This document shows, one piece after another, positions 1 through 12,714 of a stretch of 39,208 bases of DNA; the stretch's first letter is position 1, and every line of letters starts with the position of its first letter. The position numbers and the translations under genes are program-made. The notes beneath the pieces are model-generated. The model was not told where the DNA came from, did no database searches, and saw nothing but the letters and a program-made list of their open reading frames with translations. This stretch comes from Jimgerdemannia flammicorona (Eukaryota): the NCBI GenBank assembly GCA_003990765.1, contig RBNJ01000148.1, forward strand, positions 1-39,208, read 5' to 3'.

Positions 1-33
1 GAAGTAATATGTGTATATTTTTATTTTTTATAG

Positions 34-665
34 ATAATGCTTACCGCTGCTGAGAATACACGTACGAAACTTCTAAAGTATTACTGCAAGACGACACCAT
101 TATACAGCATAGCTTCGGCCTTAGATCTACGTATCAATATGCGTTATTTCCATCGTGAGCAATGGAAAAAATCCTTAATTGATGAATGGAAGAATCAGAT
201 GGAACATATCTGGGAAAAGGAGTATAAGCCTGTTAATGCTATCATTATACCCTCAATATCTCATGATGCCGATGATTTTATCAACTCAATATATGAGAAG
301 AAACAGCGCGTCGATGTGGATGATGAGCTTGAATAGTGGGTGTTGTTTTTATGTTTTTTGATTGGCTTGGTTAATTTTTACTCATATTTCTCTGTTTCAG
401 TTATTTGTCAGAGAATCCAGCTGATCCTTGTATAGATATACTGGATTGGTGGCGGCAAAATCAGTCGGTATATCCTAATCTTTCACGAATGGCTCACGAT
501 TATCTTGCTATTTCGGCGACATCTGTTCCATCTGAACATATTTTTTCTATTGCTGGTGAGCTAGTGACTGAACGTCAAAACAGCTTGTGTGTAAATACAA
601 TTCGTGCATGCATGTGTTTGGATTCTTGGTGGTCTTCAGATATTTTTCACTTTCAATTACTCTGA
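34..665 (+). CDS. hAT transposase, last two exons (34-335, 401-665) with C-terminal dimerisation domain
   Basis: KLLKYY..KT and ALDLR motifs, then LDWWRQNQSVYPNLSRMAHDYLAISATSVPSEHIFS. A GT-AG intron at 336-400 removes the TAG and joins DDELE-YYLSE in frame. An upstream acceptor AG sits at 32-33. Confidence 0.88.
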
Positions 666-705
666 ATATTATCCAAATATTTTCTGAATCATTTTTTCAG
701 AGCAG

Positions 706-1056
706 AGTTCAGAGGGTCGGGTTCAGGGTTGGGTTCAGGGGTCAGGTTCAGGGTCGGGTTCAGGGGTCGAGTTCAGGTTTGGGTTAAGGGTAAATAACGG
801 GTCGGGTGACATACATTTCCAGGTCGGGTTAAAGATGGGTAATGTATCTTTCTGGGTCGGGTTAAAGATGGGTGACGTACAATTCTGGGTCGGGTTAAAG
901 ACGGGTGATGTATAATTCCGGGTCGGGTTAAAGATGGGTGATGTATAATTCCGAGTTGGGTTAAAGACGGGTGACGTCTAATTCCGGGTTGGGTTAAAGA
1001 CGGGTGACGTATAATTCCGGATCGGGTTAAATATGTACATGGGTCGGCTCGGGTTG
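706..1056 (+). repeat. hAT-1 subterminal repeats: 11-12-bp GGGTTCAG units, then about seven ~33-bp GGGTCGGGTTAAAGAYGGGTGACGTATAATTCC units
   Basis: Tandem copies read directly; no unique spacers between them. Confidence 0.9.
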
Positions 1057-1066
1057 CGATGCACTA

Positions 1067-3210
1067 ACTGGTAGATGCTTGGTTACTTGACTTGTTTCTT
1101 TGGCAAAGATCATAGCTTTGGACATACTTCTTGATTTCCTTAAGTATGTTTGGTCAGTAGTAGTCTCATTGGATATTCTTGACAGTTTTCTCAGTTCCAA
1201 GGTGGCCAGCTAGTGGGGAGTTATGATGTTCATGAAGAATCTTATACTGTAGTTCAGAGTTAGCAGAAATATATACTTTGTCTTGATAGTACACAAGGTT
1301 GTCCTTGATGGTGTACTTTTCCTTGAATTCCTTGATATTCCTTTATAGAACCAGAGAGTCTTGTTCATATGCCTTCTTGATCTAATTGAGGAATTCAGGT
1401 GCCATGGTGATTTGTAAAATTGCAGCAAGGTCAGGTCTTCTTGAAAGTGCATCTGGTATAACTAGAGTTTTGCCAGGCTTGTAGATGATGTTTGGGGTAA
1501 AGGTCTGAAGTAGTTGACTCCACTTGGCTTATTGGTGAGAAAGGGTTGATTGAGTATTGATGTTCTGTGATCAGTGATCACATCAAACTCAACTCCTTCT
1601 AGGTAGTATCACCAGGTCTTAAGGGCATATATGATTGCCAGGAGTTCTTTTTCATAAGTAGCTAGCTTTTGTTTGGCTGGGGACAATTTTCTTGACTCAA
1701 AGGCAATAGGTTGGTGTCCTTGACCATCATCTTGAGAAATGACTGCACTAATGGCAAAGTTAGATGCATCTGTAGTAACCATGAACTTCAAGTTTGGGTC
1801 CATGTTTTTAAGGACAGGTGCATGGATCAGGCAGTTCTTGAGTTCTTGAAAAACTTGTTGACAGAAAGTATCCCAGATGTAGGGGACATAGAGGTCAGAG
1901 TTGGGTTCCTTTTGCAGGAGATTTGTCAAAGATTCTGCAATGCCAGAGAAGTTCTTGACAAATCGATGGTAGTATTCAGCCAGACCAAGGAAGGACCTGA
2001 GTTCAGTGAGGTTTGCTGGTACAGGCTACTGTTTAATGGCTTGTATTTTCCTTAGGTCTACTTGAATTCCTTTGACTGATACAATGTGTTCAAGATATTC
2101 GACTTGATCCTTGAAAAATTCACATTTCTTGAGCTTTGCATAGAGCTTGTTCTCGTGGAGGATCTTGAGGACTTGTTCAATGTGCTTGAGGTGTTCTTCT
2201 TCAGTACCACTGAGGATCAGGATGTCATCAATATATACAAGTACAAAGATATAGAGCTGATCCTTGAAGACAGTCTTGTGTATGTCTTCTGGCTTGATTC
2301 GAATTTGGTGATACTCAGAGGTGAGATCAATCTTGGTGAAGTACTTTGTATTTTTGAGAGCATCAAAGATTTGATCTATGAGCAGTAGTAGTTAATGGTT
2401 CTTGACTATGATCTTGTTGAGTGCTTGGTAGTCTATGCACATTCACAGAGTACCATCCTTTTTCTTGACAAATAGGACTGGGGAGCCAAAGGGTGACTTG
2501 CTTGGCTAAATGGCTCCTTGCTCAATGAGTTCATTGAGTTTCTTCTTGACGGCTTCAATTTCGAGTGGAGACATATAGTACATTTTCTTCTTAGATATAG
2601 CTGCATCAGGTACCTACTTGATTTCATGGTCATGGTCTCTTGAAGGTAGTAGACCAGGTAGTTTGTCTGGGAAGACATCCTTATACTTATTTAGCAGTAA
2701 CTTGACACTTTCACTAATTGATAGCTTCTTGTCTTCTTTCTTTGGTCGGATTAGTGCCATGAAGGCACAGGTAGCTTTCTTGAGGGCCTTCTTAAACTGA
2801 ATTGCTGAAAGGGTAGCAATTGGGGTTTTCATCTGAGTCTTGTCTAGCTTGATAGTAATTTTGGTTCCATCCTGAATCAGGGTGACTTCATTCTTAGTCC
2901 AATCAATCTGAGGGTTGTATCATATAAGCCAGAGTTTGCCTAGGATCAGGTCATGGTCTCCTAGTGGTGCTACCTTGAAATCTAAATGTTCCCAGTACTT
3001 CTGGATCTTGAGAGGAAGTTTAGTGGCAATTGAGTTGATTGGTAAGGTGGTACTATCTCCAGTGACAACTCCACCATTCTTGCTGGCTGGTTTGGTGAGA
3101 ATCTTGAGCTTATCAATGAGGTTCTTGTTGATGAAGTTCCCAATAGCTCTACTGTCTATGAGAACATCTAGCTCTTATCCCTTGACTAGGCCCTTGAAAA
3201 TGAGCATTGA
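1067..3210 (-). pseudogene. Gypsy A pol: protease, RT, RNase H and integrase N-terminus
   Basis: DVLIDSRAIGNFI, DVFPDKLPGLLP, VYIDDI (2221-2238) and TTDASNFAISAV. The RT lacks the MPFGL segment (internal deletion near 2275). Confidence 0.9.
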
Positions 3211-3246
3211 ATTGGCTTAGTTCTCAGCTATGCTTGCAACTTTATC

Positions 3247-3657
3247 AGTGCTGCCAAAGTCTTTCTGATCTCACTTGGTTGGAGACAGCTTAGTGACCTC
3301 TTTGATGACTGGTAGGGTGGCTCACTCCAGAATGAGCTGTGCAATTCTGTCACCTTCATTGATGGTATATGGTTGGTTCTTGTGGTTGACTAGCAGGACT
3401 TGCATTTTGTCTTGGAAGTCAGGGTCAATGACTCCAGCACCAATATCTAATGAGTGCTTGAAACTGAGGCCAGATCTTGGTGCAATTCTTGTATAATGTT
3501 CCTTGGGAATTTCAACTGAAAGGCCAGTTGGAATGAGCCTTCTTTCATGTACAGGAATAGTGACTTGTTGTACTGCTTGAAGGTCCAAACCAATGGCTCC
3601 TTCTGACTGTGCTTGAGTGATCTGGGCCTTAGGGTTGACTGCATGAAATTGAGTATA
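3247..3657 (-). pseudogene. dut: dUTPase domain of Gypsy A, between the CCHC knuckle and protease
   Basis: Motifs AIGLDL, IAPRSG, AGVIDPDF, GDRIAQLI and *DQKDFGST; in frame with the downstream protease. Confidence 0.92.
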
Positions 3658-3699
3658 ACTTCTTGTTTGACTGATTGACCTTGGGTGTCTTTGGACAGG

Positions 3700-4666
3700 A
3701 CCAGAATCCTCTTTGGTTCAGCAGTTTTCTTGAGACATTTGATTACAATGTGACCAGGCTGGTGGCAAAAGAAGCAGACTCCAGCCTTCTTGAGGGGCTC
3801 CTTTTCCTTGGATATAAGCTTGCCTTTCTTGCTCTTATCGATGGTATCTAGGTCCATGGGGGCAGGTCCAACAGTTCTGACTTTGAGTTCCTCCCTTTTG
3901 TGGTTGTTGTTGAAAGACAGTCTCTTCTGTTCAAAACAGTAACCATAGATGATGACATCAAACCTATTAGTAATCTTCATTGCTATATCTAGGTCCTTGG
4001 GTTCTTCTAGTTCAACATGAACTCAGGTTTGACCTTTTAGGCCTTGGATGTACTTGTTGACCTTCTCATCTTCAGTGACATGTGGTAATTCAAGCAAGAT
4101 TGACAGGAATTGTGCATTATATGCTTGCACAGACTTGAGTTGTTTGACATTTGCCAGACAGTCTTGCATGGTCTTGGTGCAATTGACTGGTTTGAATTGG
4201 CCTTGAACAGTATCAGAGAATTCATTCCAGGTCCTGATCTGGCCAGCAAATCTGGTATTCTGGATATGGTTTCACCACCAGATTGCAGCATTCCCTTGGA
4301 GGAGTGTAGCAGCAAATTGGACTAGTGTTGCTTCTTCCAAATTGGTCAGTTCTCCATATTGCTCCAATTGGAAAAGCCAGGTATCAGTAGACAGTCCTCC
4401 TCTTTGACCAGGTGTTGGGCTTCTGAGGCTTGATAGTGACTGCTATCAAATGTATTGATATTGGTAGAGGTGTAGAGGTATGAGTGGGGGCCTTGCTTTC
4501 CTTTCTTTCTATGTGTTCTTGAAGTTGGGCAATCTGAGCTAATGTAGTCTGCAAAGACTCTTGATGGCCCTATTTGACTGAGTAGGGTTTTGCTGATCCT
4601 CTTCTTCTTGCTAATTATATGAGACATTGCCTGGACCATAGGTACTGTATGAAGGATTCCACCCAT
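3700..4666 (-). pseudogene. Gypsy A gag (stops and frameshifts)
   Basis: GPAPMDLD motif and CCHC knuckle in ORF 3447-3980, with capsid-like fragments upstream. Confidence 0.8.
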
Positions 4667-4730
4667 TATCCTCTATAGTATTGTAACTGATATCTTGAGA
4701 GGTGTCTTGATAAGACTAGGTATAACCACC

Positions 4731-4741
4731 TGCTGCTACCA
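4731..4741 (-). promoter_or_regulatory. Primer-binding site, initiator tRNA-Met-like
   Basis: Minus strand TGGTAGCAGCA directly after the LTR, complementary to a tRNA 3' end ...GCUACCA. Confidence 0.7.
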
Positions 4742-4743
4742 AG

Positions 4744-5146
4744 TATAATGGTTCTAGTTTCTAAATGAGGAAGTGACTAGTTCTGATGGTTCTAAGTAGC
4801 TTGAAGAGATACTTAAGGATTCAAGTATTCTCAAAGGGTTTCTGGGAGAAATATTCTAAGACTTTATTCATGAGAACAAAGGGGATATTTATATAAGATC
4901 TGAAAGAAGGATCCAGAAGGATCTGAGAAATCAAAGGAAAATGCCAAGAGGAAAGTTCTCAGCAAAGATAACAAATAATGACAAATAAAGTTCTACAAGT
5001 TTCCAGGACATTCAGTGACTAACTAAATAAGTACTAGAGGATGCTCAGCACTAAGAAAGGATTTCTAAGAATTTTGAAAGTACTAGAAGGTCATAGAATA
5101 TTGAAGAAAGACAAAGAAAAGAAATAAACTATGCTAAAATGTTACA
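4744..5146 (-). repeat. 5' LTR of Gypsy A (~400 bp)
   Basis: Minus strand starts TGTAAC and ends CATTATA (decayed CATTACA). It contains TATATAAA (~4888-4895) followed by AATAAA (4863-4868), and the PBS follows 2 nt after the end. Confidence 0.75.
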
Positions 5147-5298
5147 GATAGGAGGAAGGGCAATAACAGTAAACCAGTGAAGTATTAGGCTGAGGATGGT
5201 CATTAGAGCTGGGGCAGACAATATTTCAGTGGGGCCTCTCAATTGGCTGGTGGGGGGTGGAGTGGTGCAGGGCCAGTATCCTGGCTGTATCCAACTGG

Positions 5299-5447
5299 AA
5301 CTGGGAGCTGATATGGTAATGTGATTGAGGCCTGCAAGCTTGGAAAGTGGGGTCTTCCTCATTTGGCTATACCTGACTGAAACTGGGAGCTGACACAGCA
5401 ATGTGATTGAGGCCCATAGGCTCAGAGAGTGGGAGTGGGGTCTTTTC
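5299..5447. repeat. Diverged tandem duplication with an 82-bp period
   Basis: AACTGGGAGCTGA...AATGTGATTGAGGCC...AGTGGGGTCTT starts at 5299 and 5381. Confidence 0.7.
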
Positions 5448-5689
5448 TGGCCCTAGCCCATGTGTAAGTCCTTTGCAGAAGGTTTTATGTATAAGTCCTT
5501 TACTCACCCACTTTGAATCTACTTTGCTCTCTGTTGGTTGGTTGGGGGGTTTTTCTTTACCTTGAGCTTTCTTTTGGGGTTCAGGGAACTATTCTTTATT
5601 CAGTTCTGGCACTGCTAGATCTGACACATAGGTGTGCTCTTATATGTAAATGATGATCTAGTCCTAGTGAGCAGACAAGTCTAGTCTAT

Positions 5690-5897
5690 ATCATGAGGAT
5701 CAATATAGCTGGTGTTTGACAGATATAGCTGAAGCAGTAGGACTGCTGGACAGTTTAGTAGTCTAGGTTAATGGGAAGATATTATTCAGTGGGTGGTGGG
5801 GGAGAGTTTTGGCCTATATAGTCTAGGTTCTCTTCTAATAAAAATCTGCAGAACTATGAGTCTGTTAAAAAAAAAAAAAAAAAAACAAAAAAAAAAA

Positions 5898-5933
<36 letters not shown>
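5690..5933 (+). mobile_element. Probable 5'-truncated retroposed 3' end with poly(A) tail (left boundary approximate)
   Basis: G-rich sequence, AATAAA at 5837-5842 and an A-tract at 5867-5933. No TSD found. Confidence 0.45.
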
Positions 5934-5939
<6 letters not shown>

Positions 5940-7354
5940 TTCAAGAGCAAATATTCAGTATGAGCAGTACCAGCATCACCATCAAGGCTTGAGAGTCTAC
6001 ATTCAAATAAGAGCCAAATTGTTCTGAACCAAGAGGTTTATTGGTCCGTAAGAGTAATCAATGACAAAGAGAACCATATCATTATTAATAATTATGAAGA
6101 GATAATTGCAATATTGGTAAGGATCCTCTATAGTAATAAGCTTTACCACTACATCAACAAATTTGCAAGGCTTGTGTCAAATACTAAATAGCAGGAAAAA
6201 GGGGGCAAAAAAAGCAAGGAGGGGGGGTTTGGATGGGAATTGGATATATCACAATACTGGCAAAAGATGAGTTCTAGAGTTCTAAAATCTTCTACACTTA
6301 TCTCCTCCTTTTTTTTTTTTATCTCCTTCTCAGATAATCACTCTCTTTGCCAACATACTCTTTTTAATATAATTCCAGGGATGCATAAGATTCTGTACCC
6401 CTATCAGAACTTTAAAGGTTTTATTAAAGAGCAAACTATATATATGTAAGTATGATATGGCCTATATAGTAATAGCAGCTATGATCTGGGGTTCTTTGAG
6501 TAGATTGGTAGAGTGTATAGTAGGCCAGCTTAGTGGCAATCTTGGCATGGCTATATATACATTCTTGGCACAATTTAGCATACCATATGAGGTAAGGAGC
6601 TCTGCTTTTTTGGTACTACAGTCTGGGGGATTTCTACAGCCCAGGGGGTTTCTGCCCCCACACATGCAAAAAGAACTGATCAGATGCCATCTGTTTTGGT
6701 AGGTTTCTAAGCCAGGGCTCTTGGGGCTGGACCAAGAGCAGGCATCTACTAGCACAGTCTGGCAGGATGAGGTCCTGGGCCAAGGGTTCATCCAACTGTA
6801 TACTTGTGTCATATCAGAATATGTTAGATGCAAAATTTCTCTGCCCACATACACAGACAACAACATTACCTCAGTAATGTTTTACATCCTAGAAAGGAAG
6901 GGCCTAACTTGGGAGAATAGTGGTAGAGTCTGGTATAACCTCACCTATGATTTTAGGGTCTCATTTGCAGTCAACATAGTCATTCTATTCCAACCACATA
7001 ACTACTATAGTACTATCACCTTTGAGAAGAGCTCAGATATAATAGTTGTCATACTCATAATAGATAACAGACTCATCAAGACCTGGGACCAGTGGGTGGA
7101 GCAGTTTTTGTGAGAGTTAGACAATCATTTATGAGGGTTCAGTAGTCATTTTATGCAGATTGAGTAGTCTTTTTGTTAGGAGTTGGACTGGCAGCTGGGC
7201 ACCTCTTTCTGTAGTACTAGTTTAGCCATTATACCAGGCCCTACTGGCCCCTTGGCCCTGCTCTGTAGTGCTGCTGGTATGGTGTTACAGTGTAGGGCCA
7301 GAGTGCCCATGGGATCCAAACTGGTGATGGGGCCTGAATCTATAGTGGACTTCA

Positions 7355-7454
7355 ACTGCCAGAAATATCCTCCAACTATCAGAAATGCCCTCTGATCACT
7401 GGAAGTACCCTCTGACTGCCAGAAGTACCCTCTGACTACCAGAAGTACTCTCTG
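7355..7454. repeat. 20-bp tandem repeat x5 (ACTGCCAGAAGTACCCTCTG)
   Basis: Units start at 7355, 7375, 7395, 7415 and 7435. Confidence 0.85.
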
Positions 7455-7475
7455 ACCCAGACTCAGACTCCTTGG

Positions 7476-7945
7476 TGGCTTGGGTTGCCCCTTTACTACT
7501 GGCAGAGATCTATAAATTTTGCATGCTCTCTCTACCAATCCCCTCCCCCTCACCAGCCCTGCTGACATCCTTGTCCCAGATACCAGTGGCTTGGAGGGCT
7601 GCAAACTTTACATGCTTTCTCTGTCAACCCTCCAGTCGGGGCATGGATGGGCTGCCTGGAGTGACCTCTTGCTACTGGTGAAGGGCCACAAATTTTATAT
7701 ACTCCCCCACCTACCATGACCCCTCTGCCAACCCCCCCATCTCAGATACTTGTAGCTTGGGGCTGCCCCTTGCTGCTGGCAGAGAACTACAAATTTTGCA
7801 TGCTCCCTCTGCTGACCCTACCCACTGACCCAGGCACTGACAGCTTGGGGCTGCCCCTTGCTACTGGTAGAGGGTTGCAAATTTTGTATACTCTCTCTAC
7901 CACTACCAACTCCACCTACCACTGCCCCACTTGGGCTGCAAATTC
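7476..7945. repeat. ~90-100-bp diverged tandem repeat x5
   Basis: Recurring core GCTTGGGGCTGCCCCTTGCTACTGG...CAAATTTTGCATGCTC, anchored near 7514, 7603, 7690, 7791 and 7879. Confidence 0.8.
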
Positions 7946-8258
7946 CAGACTGAGTCTCTCCTTTTTTTTTTTTTTTTTCTTTTTTTTTAAATTTTGAAAT
8001 ACTCTATAAGGCTAATTAACTTATCTGCAAACCCCAAGACCTGCCAAATTTTAGCAGCCCATACTCTACCAAGATTTCAGGCATATATATACCCAGATTG
8101 TCTCAGCATTCAGTATACACCTCTTAGAGGCAATGAGATCTACTCTATCTGAGAACATCTGCTTGATGGAAGTACTGGTGATAGAAATTGCCAGGTAGTC
8201 CTGGGTTATACCACATAGGCTGGAGAAGTCTGTTTGATACAGCTGCAGCCACATACTC

Positions 8259-8411
8259 TAGTGGGTAAAGCAGTGGTTAGAACAGTGGGTAGAGCAGTGG
8301 TTAGAATAGTGGGTAGAGTAGTAGTTAGAATGATGATTATATTGGTAGTTTAAATTGGCCCAACGCAACCAACTGTCTGACAACCTACCTTTCACCAGTT
8401 GAGCACCTCTG
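8259..8411 (-). mobile_element. Orphan terminus of another hAT-like element with 12-bp repeats
   Basis: Minus strand begins CAGAGGTGCTCAAC at 8411. Six YAGTGG(G/T)TAGAR units at 8259-8330. It interrupts hAT-2 coding sequence; the partner end was not found. Confidence 0.45.
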
Positions 8412-9339
8412 TGCCCTCCAGTAGGATTACATGGTCACTGGCAAGGTAAATAGAAAGTTTGTCTATTGATGGCAGCTCTTTCACTGATAGTTCTCTCTTT
8501 CTCTTTCTGCTAAAGTAAATATGGAACAGGTGGGATCCCTTGACATATTTGTCCAGACTTTGGCTGGAATCTTATGGTGGTATATAGTTTCTCCAGTATA
8601 TTTTGATTATGGCCTACTTGGTTCTCTCAATATAGTGTTGCTCCCAGCTCTGATATTTATAGTATTATAGCTTTAAGCATAGGTTCAGTACTGTTCAGAG
8701 AAAGAGAGTGAGTTTTGCAGGAGTTTCTCTATTTTGGAATATTTTGGAAGGAGCAATGGCCACATACTGATATATCTGTACTGATTGAGTATATTAGTAG
8801 CATCTGTTTTAGAGTAGTATTTACTGAGCTTACTTAGAGCAACCTCTATGGTATCTCTCTGATCTAAGCTTAACTATAAATCACTATAACCCTCCAGCCT
8901 ATCCTCAAGCTTATCCTCTAGCTGGTCAATAAAAAGGTTGTATACCAGTATTGCAGAGCTTATTGTCAGGGTGGTTTGTTTGACTATATTCTTTGTACAA
9001 TTATCAAAACACTGACAGTTATATATAGTGAGGTATTATATTGTATAGAGGCAGACAAAACAAGTGTGGAGCTAGAGTAATTACCACTTACTTTTAAAAC
9101 TCTGATAACATTCCTAAGTATATCCCACTTACTTTCATCTATAGTCACACCCCACATTTCCTTGTCAGCAGCAACTGTTGAATCTATTGACTTTTTTTAT
9201 TTTATTTTTTTTTTTAAAAAAAAAAAAAAAACTTTAATTATCCAAAATAAGTTGCTTCAGCTGACTGAAAAAAGGATGCATACTATAGCAAACTCTAGCA
9301 CATGCTGGATTATTGTAAATATTGAGTTCCAATATATAC

Positions 9340-10623
9340 TATGATAAGTAAATAATATAACATAGCCAGATGATATAAATATCCAGTATAACTACTCATG
9401 TATATCAAACTTATAATTAGCCAGAATACCAGATCAGGATTGTTTATCTGTATTCTGAGGACACACCTGTATCTCACAGATATACTCATGTCCTGTATGT
9501 CCTGTGGACACACTCATGTCCTATAGATACACCCAAACATTACCAGAAGTGGTAAATCTATAATTATCCAGATAGCAACTAGATAGTAACCATAATGTAT
9601 AAAATACTTCAGAGACAAGAGTGAATAAATCTCAGTTTCAAAACACAAAGCAAAAGACAAGTCTGCTGACTATACTTCAAGAGATATACCTGCCAAAAGC
9701 CACTTAATCCAGGAAGGATTGTAATACTTAAGAGAAATGTCTGCTCTATAGCTACTACTAGGAGATTGTGAGCTTTGCCCCTTTTCCACTCTGGTCCATT
9801 TTTCAATACAAAGCCTTGGTTCACTTATCAGATAAAGCCAAGTTTGCCATCCAAGTTCAAGGAAGAACTTTGCTGCTATTTCCAAGTTATCTGCATTCCC
9901 AGAGAGCCTTGCCTCAAGTTAGTTCCTGATATAACTTCACAGTAGAGCCAGTCTAATGACATAACTCTGTACAAACAAAGCCAGTCTTTGATATAACTTT
10001 GCCAAAAAGAGAACCTTTCCCAGAAGAGCTACTGATTTAGGAAGAATCCATGACATCCAAGTTATCCAAGTTATCCAAGTTATCCATACCATCTAAGTTA
10101 TTTATTTATTCCCACTGAGCCTGATTCAGAGAATCTACTATCCATATAATTCCTAGTAAGAATAATCTGCACCATCTTCTATTTCCAAAACTGCTGATTT
10201 AGGAGAATTCATGCCAAACTGAGTTATCTGCCAAAACTGTATAAGGAAACTGCCTATTACTAGATTGCTTTATATAAGAAAACCCATTACACTATACAGA
10301 GATCATTATGCAGAGATCATCACTACTCAAGAAGGAAACTGCTAAATTGTCAGATTGCTCTGCATAAGGAATCTGCTCATGCTATATATGAAATTCTACT
10401 AATTCCCAGTTGACCCAAGAAGGAAACCCATTTATACTCAAATCGTTGCTATATTTAGAAATCATCCCAATAAGGAAATTGCTTGCAGATATCTAGTTTT
10501 GACTATTATACCACTAAACACCAAGAACATTTTGTTACTTTTAACAAAGTAATTGGAGACTCAAGCCAAACTACACTAACCCTCAACTCTGTAATTTGCC
10601 TCCGTTGAGCCAGACACATTATA
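9340..10623 (+). repeat. 5' LTR of Gypsy B
   Basis: Colinear with 18221-19514; termini TATGAT...CATTATA are decayed TG...CA. Confidence 0.92.
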
Positions 10624-10625
10624 TT

Positions 10626-10643
10626 TAGAGGCTTAACTGGGAA
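10626..10643 (+). promoter_or_regulatory. Decayed PBS, possibly tRNA-Pro type
   Basis: TAGAGGCTTAACTGGGAA lies 2 nt after the LTR and differs mainly by transitions from a TGGGGGCTCG.CCGGGA Pro-type PBS. Confidence 0.45.
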
Positions 10644-10663
10644 GATTTTTTAAAAAAAAATCA

Positions 10664-12110
10664 ATGTGACTTTTTAGCTCACAAGAACCCACAGTCAAAC
10701 TGGATACATTTGATACAACACCAATCTCTGCCACTACAGGAGAATCAGTTATCACTAGCATCTGGACAGGAAGAGAAATAATCATCTCAAGACTTGCTAA
10801 CTACCCAGCATCAGAAGAATCCCAACCAGAACCAGAAGCCAATATAGCCAGAGATCCCCAAGCAGATCAACCAGACAATACAGGTGACCCTGCTGGACAA
10901 CTTGAAGAACTTGTACAAGAACTAGAAGATCTCATTACACAAGCCCAAGATCTTACAACCAGATACCCCATACTAGTTCCACCAATCTCACTCATTGAAC
11001 CTTTATCACCAGCCCTCAAAGAATTGAAAGTAGCTCTTATAAGAATACCTAGGCTCATTCCACTTTGTCTTAGGTCCAGAACACTATCCTCAAGATACCC
11101 AAGCACTCCCATCTCTAGTGATAGTTCAGAAAGTGAATTAGAGTCAGAATCTAAATCAGAATTCAGACCAGAACCAGAATCAGAAGAAAGTGATAATAAA
11201 ATGACCACCTCATTGCCAACTTTTACAGGATATCCAGAGGAAGACTCCAGAGAATTCCTTGATGGAATTTAAGGAATTACAGCTCTGAGGAATCTCTCAG
11301 ATGAAAGAAAAATTGCCATCTATAAGGCCCAGCTCAGAGAACCAGCTAGAGGAATTTTCCATTAAATAGCAAATAACCCACATTCAGAACTGGTGAGACA
11401 GATATAAGTAGCAGCATCTTATGAGCTAGAATATGTAGCCATGGTCTATTGGCTTATTGAAAATATGCAGGAAATGAAACCTGTTACAAGGCTTAAGAAT
11501 CCATCATGGAGATGTAGATGAATCTTAGAGAATCACCTAGAGCCTTCTTCACAAGAATTCAAAAGAGAATGTATGCCACTGGGTTCAATACCACCAACCA
11601 GAACATTATAGGTCCAATGACCTTCATGAATGGAATTCCCCTGAACATTGCCCAGCATGTCCACACTCTAGGTATCAGAAGGTCTGAAGAGCAAGTTGAT
11701 GCAGCCCAAGAATTCTTTGATATCAGACAAGGAACTACCTGGAGTAACCATGACAAGAAGAATGACAAGAAAGACATCCTGGTCAAAGCCCTATAAGGAC
11801 TCCTCTAAGGACAAGAGAGATCCAAAGAAAGAAGGCCAGCCAAAGAAGGGAAGAAAGACAGAAGTAAAATCCAAGACCTCAGCTCTAAATTGGACCAATT
11901 GGTTGAGCAGATTGAAAAACTTACCATATGTGAAAATCAGAGCTATTAAGACAATAGAGGATACCCACTACAAAGAAGCCAAGGTTACCCACCAAGAGAT
12001 AACAGAACTATCAATAAGAGGAAAGAAGATACCCTGTCTGAGACAGAGCCCAAGTCTAATGTTTCTACTGTGGATAATTTGGACACTATGCCACTGAATG
12101 TGATAACAAA
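10664..12110 (+). pseudogene. Gypsy B gag with a long acidic N-terminal extension
   Basis: ATG at 10664 is in frame with LPTFTGYPEEDSREFL. Zinc knuckle CFYCG*FGHYATEC at ~12060-12101. Confidence 0.8.
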
Positions 12111-12714
12111 AGAAGTGACTGAAGGGACTCATAACCACCAAACTGAAGAAATGACACTCAGTACAAGAAGACTGAAGCTCATCCTGTCAAAGATTTCGAA
12201 GAAGCAAGCAACAGTGAAGACTATAGTGACCTAGACTTATACCCTATCAAGATTACCACCTGAAAAACAGTCTACCCAGCAGAGAAGAGGAAGAGATCTA
12301 TAGGAAGGCCATTTAGGAATATTAGCAGAAGAATCATCTAAGAAGAAGATGAAGAATATGAGGAAGAGTAGGTAGAAACACCTCTCCAGACTCCCTCACC
12401 TTTTGTCCCCAAGACAAATGAGCTACCATCAGAAAATAAAGAAATGGAGCAAGAAGAATGGGAGCCTGCTACCTCAAAACCCAAGAAGAAGTACACCCCA
12501 AAGACCATGTCTAGAGATATCTAAAATGAAGCCTGGCAGAATATTCAAGTTAAGATAGAGGTCCCTCTCCTGCAGTTCCTGTAACTGATACCAGCTAGAG
12601 TCCAAAACAAATTATTGAGGACTATCAAATCCAGCACTAGCTGAGTCCCCATTCTACAGCAAGAGTCAGCTTCCATTTCTATCCAAGCTGCAGAAAGACA
12701 AGTCAGTACTTATC

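Larger units (their letters stand above)
1..1066 (+). mobile_element. hAT DNA transposon, 3' portion (hAT-1, relatively young); 5' part lies outside the window
   Basis: hAT transposase C-terminus, then GGGTCGGGTT-rich subterminal repeats and a terminus ...GGGTTGCGATGCACTA (reverse complement begins TAGTGC). Gypsy integrase sequence resumes at 1067. CpG is retained. Confidence 0.9.
1067..5146 (-). mobile_element. Ty3/Gypsy LTR retrotransposon A (decayed, dUTPase-bearing), cut in its integrase by hAT-1
   Basis: 5' LTR, PBS, gag CCHC (CFFCHQPGHIVIKC), dUTPase, protease (LIDS[R/G]A), RT (VYIDD), RNase H (TDAS...EKELLA) and integrase HH region, in Gypsy order on the minus strand. Confidence 0.93.

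Noticed and set aside
800-1056. ~33-bp repeats resembling a CRISPR array
   Set aside because: Head-to-tail copies without unique spacers, located between a hAT transposase and its terminus in a eukaryotic context.
5480-5570. Minus-strand splice-donor-like motifs (GTGAGT, GTAAGA) suggesting a host gene
   Set aside because: No supporting exons or recognisable product.
6436-7149. Possible decayed 238-codon minus-strand gene ending before an AATAAA
   Set aside because: Eleven internal stops is about the random expectation, and no motif was recognisable.
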